Part shown: positions 25,879 to 37,725 of the stretch, piece by piece
Layout of the letters: every line of letters begins with the position of its first letter
Numbering within the stretch: the first letter of the stretch is position 1
Source of the DNA: the human T2T-CHM13v2.0 reference genome, Homo sapiens
Length of the DNA: 64,000 bases
Assembly (NCBI RefSeq): GCF_009914755.1
Contig: NC_060926.1
Reading direction: 5' to 3' (one strand)
The notes under the pieces: generated by a model
The model's input: the letters and a program-made list of their open reading frames with translations, nothing else
What the model was told of the DNA's origin: nothing
Database searches by the model: none
Translations under genes and position numbers: made by a program

Positions 25879-27227
25879 AAAAATTAATTTAAAAAACACA
25901 GTAGTTCATAGAGACAATTGTCACATTGCACATTTTCTCATTGACAATTTAACAATATAATCAATCACCGTGTTTTTCTGTACATGTATAAACACAATAT
26001 AGCCACATTCAGTTAGTATTTAATTTGAAATAATTGTATATTCACAAAATTCACAAGCATAGCCAAGAGCCGTATTTGAAGAGGAGACTGCAGAGAACGT
26101 TCTGTAGAAATAAAAGACCTCAAAAATGTCAGTGTTAGTCAACCAAGAAAGGAAAAGATGAACAAAACTCTATTAAATTGCTGTCTCATCTTCTATCAAT
26201 CCAATTCAATGGATGAATCCTTCCCACTGTACTAAAATTTAGTTTCTGATTGGTACTTTGTTATTTTTTCATCATTTTAAACAATGCCAATTTAAATTAT
26301 ATGACACTGCAATGTAAGTACCTGATGTGTCTAAATGATGAAACACCAATCCTTGCCAAAAATGATAGAACAGCACATACTCAGTATTAATTGTGACAGC
26401 TATTGCGGTCCCTAGATTACAAACAGCTTTTCCTTAGTTAATCGAGTAGAGGTACATTTGGAGACCTGAATTTTCTTCATGATAATTTTTAAAAAGATTT
26501 TTCACAACCTGAAAACATAAAAAATGTAATTTTCGTTGTCATTTTAAAACAATATTTTTCTTTTATCTTGGAATTTTTGTATTTTTGCACAATGGCTTTC
26601 ATGAATACTTTAAATCTCATCTCTAAAAGAACCGACAATTGCACAATCTGAAAAAATACTATAATTTATGAACAAACAGTTATTTAATCACTGAATATCT
26701 GATAGATATTCCAGTGCCAAGCCATAAGCTGACAAAGTACACGTATGTGACGATGTGGTAGTTTGATCTAACATGTAGCACTGTTAGATGCTAGATGATA
26801 GATAGATGCTATATTCATATGTTTTGTGACTACAATGAACAGAATTTGGTTTCAGTTAATATACTTTATAGTAGATAATTTAAGTTTCAATATTTCAAGC
26901 TAACATAGTATTATTAAATTTATCTATTATATTACAGCATACTTAAAAATATTTTGAATAAGGAATAGAAAAAAAAGGAATTGCTATTTAACCCAGTAGT
27001 ATTGAGTGAATAAATATGGCCTGAAAAACGGGAGTCTTATTTTAAGGACTGGATAAAAGTAATTCTTAATATCTATTAATAGTAAGGGAATGTCCATGGA
27101 AATATAGTAAGATATGTTTTAATACAAATGGCATTAACAAATGAGAAAAATAAATGCTAAATTTTCTGGCCTGATTTAATGTAGAAAAATAAAATCTTGT
27201 AAATGACTATAATACTTGCCAATGTCA

Positions 27228-27263
<36 letters not shown>

Positions 27264-27266
27264 ATC

Positions 27267-27331
<65 letters not shown>
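27228..27331. repeat. Compound microsatellite (TATC)9 + interrupted (TA)n
   Basis: Read directly from the sequence. Confidence 0.98.
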
Positions 27332-27333
<2 letters not shown>

Positions 27334-27379
27334 GTCTCTGATGTTATTATCTGGTGCCCATTTTTCTGGTTTAAATTTT

Positions 27380-27701
<322 letters not shown>

Positions 27702-27799
27702 TTATAAAAATGATACATTTGTTATTTGAAAAGCGATATATGAAAACTATGTATTTGAAAGTTTTCCAGTTTTTGGTAGGATGAAGTGTACCCTTTGTT

Positions 27800-30020
27800 C
27801 TCTCACAGAACGCAAGTATAGAACCTTGACAGAATATGTGGCACAGCTATTTGAGGACTCTGAAATGTAGACAGAAACAAACAGGTAGAACATTGTAAAT
27901 TAATGTACCTCCAGAACAGCAGTGAGTCTGCCATTTTTGTATCCTTTAGTATCTCCTGGCCCAAACTTAATTCATTGGGGAACTTTACAGTGATCTGAGG
28001 AGCAAAACAAAACAAAACAAAAAAAACAAAACGTAAGGAAAAACTTAAAGCTCAGAGAGAGAAGGAAAATAATATTTTTGTCCTTTATTTTTATTTTCTC
28101 TCATACCATCGGCTTCTAGGCAACCCTGCAGTGGTAGTAGTGGTGACAGCAGCAGCGGCAATGATGGAAGCCTGCAGGAGCCAAGAGTGTAAGAAATGGA
28201 AACCGCTTTCTCTATTTTCTCTGGAGCTATAGATTCAGACGGTGAGGCGAAAGTCCTGTTGTCTTTCTCTCTCTCTCATTCATATCATATCTATATCTAT
28301 ATGTCTATCTATATCTAATCTATATGAATGTCTATATATCTATATTTACATATATCCTTATTCCTTTTGGAAGCAGACATGGCTCAATTACAGAAGTGGT
28401 TGCATTCTGCCTGTAGGATAAAAAAAAAAAAAAAAAGAGAACAGTGGGGAAAATTGTAGAAAGGTGGCAGAGCTAGAAAAACCAATCCCATTGAGTAGTT
28501 TGTGAACTACTGGGCTCACCTTTGGCCTATGCATGTAAAAATCTAATTCTAATTAGCATGCAAAAGACATTAAGAACTGAGCTAACAGACCTCTTCCCAA
28601 GTTCTTCACTAAGCTTTACTGCATACATGGCACATAGTTGTATAGCAAAGCAATGGGTTTGAAAAATGAACCAACATTGGAACCATAGACCAGAGAATGA
28701 GGGTTAGATCTTGCAGCCTGAACCTACCCAGGTAAATTTCATAATAAAACATGAATTTTAACATTCTTCACAGGACTTTGACAAGACCCAGTGTCTCATA
28801 ATGTAAAATTCAGAATGTCAAGATATAATCCAAACTTACTCAATGTATGATGAATTATGATAATATCAACTTGTCAGAAGAAAATGATCAAAAGATGATA
28901 GAGATGTAGGAATTATCTGACAAATACATTCAAATAAGCAAATAAAAACACTTTTGAAACAAATGTTATAATACAAAGTGTAAAAAGCCTCTAAAATATG
29001 AAGAAGAAAGAAAGGGTAATTTTAGAACTGAAAACCCCACTGAACAAACTCAATGGAAGAATACAGATAAGATAGGAAAAAGTGAGAAAACTTGAAGATA
29101 GATCAATAGCTTTTACTCAGTCTGAACATGAGCCATAAAGAGACACAGAGAGAGAACAAACATTGAATAAATATAACAAACAGAGCTGTAGAGACTCGTG
29201 GAAAAAGGTCAAAAATTTTGAATTCCATAAGAACAGGGAAAAAGTATGATGCTGAAACAATAATAAAAGAAATAATAGATTGAAAGTCCTGCATTTGGTG
29301 AAAGACATAGATCTATAGACTTATGAGGCTGAATGAACTCCAAGCAGAATGAACACAAAGAAATATATGTTCAGATATATCATAAACAAACTGCTATAAA
29401 CTTAAAACAAATATATATCTTGAAAGGAGCCAGAAAAAAACAGTTCATTATTTATAGGGGAGCAATGATTTGAATGACCACAGGCTCATCATTGAAAATC
29501 TTGGAGGCCAGAATAAAGGGGCCCAGCATTTTCTGAGTACTGAAAGAAAAGAGCTATCCATTCAGAACGTTAGTGAGTAAAAATATCCTTTATGTCAATG
29601 ATGCAATAAAGACATTTTCATATGAAAGAAAACTAAAATAATTTTTAGGCTGCGAAATGCTCTAAAATAATTGCCCAAGAAAATTCTTCAGACAGAAGAA
29701 AAATTATACTGGAAGGAAACTTGCAAAATCCAGAATAAATTAGGAGAACCTAAAGTGTAAATATATGGTAAATATAATAGATATTTCCTCTCCTTTTGAG
29801 TTCTTTAAAATATGCTTGCAAGTTGAAAACAAAAAAATATAGCACTGCCTAATGGGGGTTTCAATATATACAGATGCAAAATATAAGACAACCAGGGTAT
29901 AAAAGGAGGAAAGTAAAGTGGACTGTGTATGGTGGAAATACTTCTACATTCCAATGGAAGTGATAAAAATTTTAAATAAGCTGTGCAAAGCTATGAATTT
30001 ATTTTATAATTTCTAAACAA
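27800..30020 (+). mobile_element. Old L1M 5'UTR/ORF1 region
   Basis: ORF1 motifs TTTGGTGAAAGACATAGATCTATAGA..GCTGAATGAACTCCAAGCAGAAT, ATCTTGAAAGGAGCCAGA and TTGGAGGCCAGAA..GTACTGAAAGAAAA. Confidence 0.75.
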
Positions 30021-30372
30021 AAAGATCATCAGTAGGTGAATAGGTGGAATGGGAGGACATTCATATGATGAAATACTAGTCATCAATACATGCAACAACT
30101 TGGCTAGATCTCAGAGATATTCTGCTGAATGAAAGAAGACATTCTCAGATTACATGCTATGTGATTCGATACCGGTGATGTTCTTGGGAAAAAAATTATA
30201 ATAAGGAGAACTGATTGGTTGTTACCAGATATCACAGGAGGGTATGACTACAAAAGGATAGCATAAGGGAGTTTTTTGGGTGAAGGCAATGTTTTTTTAT
30301 CAATATGATATTGACATGTGTTAAAATTCATATAATTATATGCCAAAAGTTCATCTTATTTAAAAAATAAGC
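30021..30372 (+). mobile_element. L1MC4/5-like 3' end
   Basis: ATACATGCAACAACTTGGCTAGATCTCAGAGATATTCTGCTGAATGAAA; GACTACAAAAGGATAGCATAAGGGAGTTTTTTGGGTGA. Confidence 0.7.
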
Positions 30373-30386
30373 CAAAAAATAAAACA

Positions 30387-31697
30387 ATTTATTTTAATTT
30401 AAACTTTTATTTTAGAGTGGGGGGTACATGTACAGGTTTATTAAATGGGTATATGGTGTGAGACTGAGGTTTAGGGTATTAATAATCCCATCATCCAGGT
30501 AAGTCAGCATAATACCCAATAGGTAGCTTGTCAACCCTCACACCACTCCCCACCTCCCTGCTGTAGTAGTCCCCAGTGTCAATTGTTCCCATCTTTATAT
30601 CCATGTGTATGTAATGTTTAGCTCCCACTTATAAATGAGAACATGTGGTACTTGGTTTTCTGTTCCATGTTAATCGGCTTAGGATAATGGCCTCCAGCCC
30701 CATCCATGCTGTTGCAAAGGACATGATTTTGTTCTTGTTTATGCCTACTTAATATTCCATGATGTATAGGTAGCACATTTGCTTTATCCAGTCCACCGTG
30801 GATGGGATCATAGGTTGATTGCATGTCTTTGCTATTGTGACTAGTGCTGCAATGAACATAGGAGTGCATGGATCTTTTTGGTAGAACGATTTATTTTCCT
30901 TCAGGTATATACCCAGTAATGGGATTGCTGGGTCAAATAGCAGTTCTGTGTTAAGCTCCTTGAGAAATCTCCAAACTGTTTTCCACAGTGGCTGAACTAA
31001 TTTCCATTCCCACCAATAGTGCATAAGTGTTCCCTTTTCTCTGCAACCTAGCAGACATCTGTTATTTTTTGACTTTTTAGTAATATCTCGCTCCATCGCC
31101 CTGGCTGGTGTGCAGTGGCACCATCTCAGCTCACTGCAACCTCTGCTTCCTGGGTTCAAAGGATTCTCATGCCTCAGCATCCCAAGTAGCTGAGATTACA
31201 GGTGTGCGCCACCAAGCCCGGCTAACTTTTTATATTTTTAGTAGATACCAGGTTTTGCCATGTAGGCTAGGCTGATATCGAGCTCCTTGCCTCAAGTGAT
31301 CTACCAGCCTCAGCCTCCCAAATTGCTGGGATTGCAGGCATGAGCCATTGCACTCCAAGTATCCTGTGGTTTTGTTCTGCATTTGTCTGATGATTAGTGA
31401 TGTTGAGCATTTTTTCATATTTTTTTGGCTACTTGTATGGCTTCTTTTGAGAACTGTCTGTCCACGTCTTTTGCCCACTTTTTAATGGGATTATTTGTGT
31501 TTTGCTTCTTAAGTTCCTTATAGATTCTGGATATTAGAACTTTGTCAGATGCATAGTTTGTGAACATCTTCTCTCATCCGTAGCTTGTCTGTTTATTCTT
31601 TTGATAGTTTCTTTTGCTGTGCAGAAGCTCTTTAGTTTAATTAGGTCCCACTTGTTCAATTTTTGTTTTTGTTGCAATTTCTTTTGGGAATTTAGAT
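30387..31697 (-). mobile_element. L1PA15/16-like 3' end, interrupted by an Alu
   Basis: GGGGTACATGTACAGGTTT..ATCCCATCATCCAGGTA..; ORF2 C-terminal text ([26 protein letters not shown]) in ORF 30749..31180(-). Confidence 0.92.
31086..31356 (-). mobile_element. Alu (AluJb/AluSz-like) lacking a poly(A) tail
   Basis: Antisense Alu dimer TCTCGCTCCATCGCCCTGGCTGG...CCTCAAGTGATCT..GGCATGAGCCATTGCAC; no T-tract at its left end. Confidence 0.93.
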
Positions 31698-33869
31698 TTT
31701 TCACATTGCTCTCTCTGTACTTTGAGTTAGCAAAAATATAGTAGTATTTTCAATCAGCCATATGTTATTGATGTAATTTCAATATAAAAATCAATCACAT
31801 CAAAGGTCCTATTTTATTAAAAAATATTTTTTCCTTTTATTTACTAAAATACATAAATATATAATTTCAATTTATTTCACTGTTGATCACATGCATTTTT
31901 CCCTTTCACATTATTCCAAGAATAACTAGAACTATGCAGAAAATGAAAATGCCATTTCTAATATCTCTAAATTACACTAAAAATTTTTTTGCCTATTGAC
32001 CAAACTTGTCTATTTTCATGTACAAAATATTGCAATTTGATCCAGTTTATTCTAAACAAATGGATCACATTAATGTATAATCTGATGTTATTACAGGAAA
32101 CTTGAATTTTAATGAGCCCTGCTTGATTTGGATGAGTGAAGACAGGCATAACACAATTGAGTCAATTAGCAAGAATTTTGTAATCAATGTTGATTAAGAA
32201 AATGGGATGATGGTATGTGCAGAATTTGGAGGCATTCCCTGGCTTGAACATTAATATAATGGGATAAACATTGGCATTTTAATGGCAGCGCGTTGCTCTG
32301 AAATGAAATGATAGATGTTATGATACATGCAAATATTAATCTGTATGTATTTTATTACACATGACTGGAAATCCATTGAAAGCAGATCTAAGAATGAAGA
32401 ATAAGTTGTTCTGGTTTCATCTTCCAGTAAATCATAATTATTAAATCTGCTATTGCTAAATATGTAATAAAATAAATTTAGAATACAGATATATAATTAT
32501 CCTTATTATACTTTTGTCCTATACATCACTAATGAGTATATATCCTGGCTTTGGAGTTTTGTTTATTTCATGTCATTCGCACATTATGTACAGTTGCTGT
32601 TCTGTCACTGTTGCAGGCCTTTTTTCCCATGGAGAAACCAATGCACTTAACTGACTTATGTTTATAGATAAAATATATGCACATGTTTTCTATCAGTTCT
32701 TTATAGCATCAATTGTTTTCTCCTTCGTATGTTCACTTTCACTTTATAGGCTATATTGGAAATAATTGTATTTTGCTTTCTTTTAATGTTCTTTTAAATT
32801 ATAGTTTCGTTAACCCATTATCCTATATCACTTAATATCCTTTTATTAATGATTTTGAAACACATGATCTCATGACATAGAGCTTAATATTGAATATAAA
32901 TTTTCTTCAATAATAAAGACTTTGAAATAATAAAAGCATTGTCTTTATAATTGACTCATGCCAGACCTGAGAGCAACAATTCATATTAATTAACATGACA
33001 TAAAGACTTAAGAAATTAAAATATGTCAGGATTATGTTACTGAGAATGATGTAACAATTAAATATGTAAAATTAAAAATATGTATACAGACCAGAATAGT
33101 AAACTTATTTTGAAGGAAGAATGAACTTCTATTAAATTTTGTATCTGAATAAACAACCTTCTCTTGAGTGATTGTGCCTGATCTGATTCCCTTTTTGCAC
33201 GTAATTTAGAGTTCATCAACCAAAGGAACTGAAAATCAATTAAAATATTATCTCAAATAATAATTAGAAATAATATTATAATATTAAAATGTTATTTCTA
33301 CTCATTATTTGAAATAACAATTTCTTTCTCAAGTATTATAAAATATTATAAATACAATTTTGAATATAATTATGGGCATTCTTCACATTAATTTCCAGAG
33401 TGACACTAGTATTATTTTGTTGTACAAAATGAAAAACATTACATTTTCTCAGATGTTTATTGATATGATTATAATTTTTTCTACTTATTTAATTATTCAT
33501 TAAGTGAAGAATTTTTGTGTCCATTGTTAAATTTAAATAATTATTTTTGCAAAATAAATCAGAGTATCTAAATGCGACTTTAGTTCACATTTTTCCTAAG
33601 CTATTCTTGGAAAATCTCACCATATTATCGATGTTTATATGAATGTTGGGTAGAATTATGATTTGTTTAAAAACACTGAGAGTTTATAATAGACCATCTC
33701 GTCCAGCAATGTGATAGACACTGGAATTATTTTAGGAAAAAGGAGAACAATATTTCTAACATAGAGTAGAACATAGTCTCTCAGTAATTTGCATCATGCT
33801 GAGTATGACAAAAATGGAAGTACGGTGCTATTATGAAAATATATAAAAAAGAAGTTGAATACTATTCAG

Positions 33870-36680
33870 TGAAAGCCTCTCTGAAGGATGTTGTATAGGC
33901 AGCATAAAGCTAGGTCTTGTTTTCTTATCCTGACTATAAATCTGACAATTTATATGTTTAAACAGGTGTAGAGCATTCATATTTAAAATGATAGCTCATG
34001 TGGCTGGATTAAAATATATCACTTCCTTATCTGTTTTTGCTTTATTTGTTCTTTCCTTTTTTTCCTGCTTCCCTTGAGTTTAACAGGCATGTTTTATGAT
34101 TTGCATTATATCCAAATTAGCCATAGCACCTTTAAAAAATGTTGTCCTTAGTTTTCTTATATATGTTAAAATAATATGAGTTTACCGTCAGAGAATTTTT
34201 TTTTTTTTTTTGAGGCAGGGTCTTGCTCTTTCTCAGGCTATAGTGCAGTGGTGCTATCATGGTTCACTGCAGCCTCCAATTCCCTGGCTCAAATGATCCT
34301 CCCACCTCAACCTCCTGAGTAGCTGGGACTACAGGCATGTACCACCTCGCCTGGCTAATTTTTGTACTTTTTGTAGAGACGGGGTTTTGCTATGTTGGCT
34401 AGGCTACCTTCAGAGAATATTATACCACTTCACGTACGTAAACATGTTATAACTATTATAATTTCCAATTATTCCTCTCTAGGCCCTTACCATCATTGTC
34501 ATGTATTTTATTTTACATATATTATAAAGACAATAACTGTTACCATTCTGCTGTAAACATTCAATTATCTTTTAGAGTAATTAAAATCATAAAAATGGTT
34601 GTATTTCACCTTTATTTATTCCATTTTGCATACCTTTTAATTCTCAATTTTGATCTCAGTTTCTGTGACCTATATCATATTTATTCTACTTGAAGAGCTT
34701 CCTTTAACATTTCTTGTAGAGTAGGTCAGCTGATAGCTCCTTCCCTCAGTTTTTGTTTATCTAAGTTTTATTTCTGTTTGACTTTTAAATATATTTTTGT
34801 AGAATATTCTTCAAATTTCTGCTTGACTCCATTCCTTTGTAGATAGGAGTCTTTTTCTCTTATTATCTTTAAGATTTCCTCTTTTACTTTGATTTTCAGA
34901 AATTTGAATATGATAGTTATGATTTCCTTTTTGATATTTATTCTGCTTTTTTGTTCTTTGAGTTTTGTGGGTTTGCAGTTTAATGTCTATCACAATTTTG
35001 AAAAATTTCCTGCCACTAATTCTTCAAATATTTCTTGTTTCCATTCTTCTTTCTTCTACTGTGGCTATACTGATTGCATTTATCTCAGACGATTTGATAC
35101 TGTCATACATTTTTGTATATTATCTTCTGTTTTTTTCTTTTTTTTCTCTTTGCATTTCTATCTGGGTAATCTCTATTGACCTGCCTTCAAGTTTAATAAT
35201 TTTTTTCTCTCTGCTCCATCAAGTCTACTGGTGAGCCTATTGAAGGCTTTATTTCTATTATGGTGTTTTGGTTTCTAACATTTCTACTTTCTTAATTTTT
35301 AATAATTTCCATTTCTCTGCTGGAAGTATCTATCTGATTGTGTATGATGCCACACTATTCGATTAGAGCGTTTAACGTATTTATCATTGTTGTTTTAAAT
35401 TCTCTGTCTCATCATGCCAATATGTCTTTCATATCTGACTCTGGTCATTATGATAATTTTGTCTTTTCAGCCAATGTTTATTCTTACCTTTTTACATACC
35501 TCATAAATGTTTGTTTTAAGCAAGGCATGTTGTAAAATATACAGAGGTAAGTAAGTTTGAAAGTGAGTACACCTTTTCTTCTGTTAGGTCTTAGTGTAAG
35601 GGTATTGCACAACTCCTTAGTCAGAGGTTGGACTTGGTATAAAGTTTTTATTGTAATGATTACTCTCAGTGTACTAGAAGATTCAAATTCTGCTAGTCAT
35701 TTCTGGTGTTTAAAGTTTGGGCAAATTTGCGATTTCTCCTCTCTGGTTTATTTAGTTATCCTCATTTTTTACTTTAGGTGTTCCTTTTATGTTGTTTCCA
35801 AGAGACAATCCGTTTCTTGCTCCTTCCCCAGTTGTATTCCACTGTTACTTTTATTCAATGCTTGCTTGAGTGATGGTGTGTGTGTGCACGTGTATGTGTG
35901 TGTGTGACATGGTGGCAGGCATGTTATCTGATGTTTTGATTAACCTTCAATCTTAGTTAGGATTATAAAAGTGGGTATCAGTGGTACAGCTCACAAAGTT
36001 GTTTCTTTCCCTTGATCAGAGGTAATGCTGAGCCTGACATCTATTATTATTCTTCACCTAAAAGTAGAGATTTTTGTTTGTTTGTTTTTGTTTTGTTTTT
36101 CTATCCACACCTCCCTCATTTGTACTCCTTTACTACCTTTGCTATCAGGCTACAAATTTTGTTACCCTTCCCTCTGTAGGGTAAGACTTTTAATTATTAG
36201 TAGAGACAGGTGAGATGGGTCTGGGTAGTTTTGGCAGGAGCTACTGCTCCCATCATCCAGCCAACACGATGGTGGAAGCTTTTACTTAATTCTTTCTGAG
36301 AGTGAATGGTGAGATATCTTGAGGAAAGTCTGTAAGATACTGCAAACCACCTATGTTAGTGGCCCTCAGGGCATCTTTACACTTTCACATAACCTACATC
36401 TAACATTTGGCCATTTGGTAACAAAGTCTAGCTGGATCTTCCTATTGGCTTATATGGCATTAAATGGCATATGTTTCAGGTAAGCACATGTTTGAGTAGT
36501 GTTTCTCCCTGTAAGCACTTACCTATTTCCAAGTTTTCAATTAGCTCTTTGAATTACAACTACAGATCTCTGATGGGCTGGAGAAACACCATTAACTGGC
36601 AGTTTTTCCAATGTTTTCTTCTGGTGGTATGAGCAAGAACAATGTTCTTTCTAGCTTTTCATTTTGAGCTGAAGCAAAAT
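33870..36680 (-). mobile_element. Old L1M ORF2 start, ORF1 and 5'UTR (antisense)
   Basis: GAAGAGCTTCCTTTAACATTTCTTGTAG; TTTTGAAAAATTTCCTGCCACTAATTCTTCAAATATTT; TGGGTAATCTCTATTGACCTGCCTTCAAGTT. Right boundary uncertain. Confidence 0.72.
34197..34404 (-). mobile_element. 5'-truncated AluJ with 14-bp TSD
   Basis: T-tract + GAGGCAGGGTCTTGCTCT..GCTCAAATGATCCTCCCACCTCA; TSD TACCGTCAGAGAAT (34183-34196) / TACCTTCAGAGAAT (34405-34418). Confidence 0.94.
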
Positions 36681-37642
36681 ATGTATATTGTGGGAATTTT
36701 ATTTCCTAATGTAATCATTTCCAACTGGATGTCAACTGTTCCCAAAAAACTTTTGAAGTGATAGAGAGGTTGTAAAAAAAAGTTCAATAACCTATAGTAA
36801 TATTTACACTAGATGCACAGTGGTCCTTTCTAAACTTCATATGCAACTATTTAACTACATTTCCAATATATTGTCCTCAGTAGGTATTGTTTACTAAAAA
36901 AAGAATGTAATTACCATTCATCAGAAAAACATATAATATGCTTTAGTTGTTATAATGAATAATGTAACATTTTTGTTATTTGTTTTTAATCTTGTTTCAC
37001 ATATTCAGTCTTAGAGAAATAATTGCATACAGGAAAATTGTATCTGCTGTAGGTTAGATTTTATTAACATACCTTTAAACCTTTTAATCCATTTATATTT
37101 CATTTGAAAAAGTCAATAAATTAACTATAATCTATGGCTAATTTGCTTTTATTGAAATGCATATAACAATTATTGCAGCAAATATCAGTCACATTTTTAG
37201 AATCATAATGAAGAGATTTCAAATTACTTAGAATTCTTATTAGATTGAATGTGAGACCATATGAGAATATGCTATAAACTAAGATGATTCATTTTTAATT
37301 TAGCTTAATATGTTGCTAAACTTAAAGCACCAGGGCTTAACAATTAGTTTCATAATTTTAAATATGCCTAAAAAGTTAAATTATATATAAAATCCTAGGA
37401 GATATTTATTTTATACTAAGATACTCACTTATTTATAATTGTACTTAATTTAACATTGAGAAGCAAAGGAACTTATTAGCAATGCCGTGGTAAATTGTGC
37501 AGTTTCCAAAGCTCAAGTGGTTTGGGTTCACATATTATATTTACCTCTCTATCTCTACCCCTATTCTTAACTATATCTATCTCTATACCTATGCCTATAC
37601 CTATGGTATATCTAGCACTTAGCTACCCAAACATAGACAGGT

Positions 37643-37725
37643 TTCTTAAATATCCCTATCTCCATAAGGATAGTTAAATATCCCTCTCTCTATAGCTGTT
37701 TAATCTCTTTAGGGATATTTAAGAA
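37643..37725. repeat. 16-bp perfect inverted repeat enclosing a 21-bp direct repeat
   Basis: TTCTTAAATATCCCTA (37643-37658) / TAGGGATATTTAAGAA (37710-37725); TTAAATATCCCTnTCTCnATA at 37646 and 37674. Confidence 0.9.
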
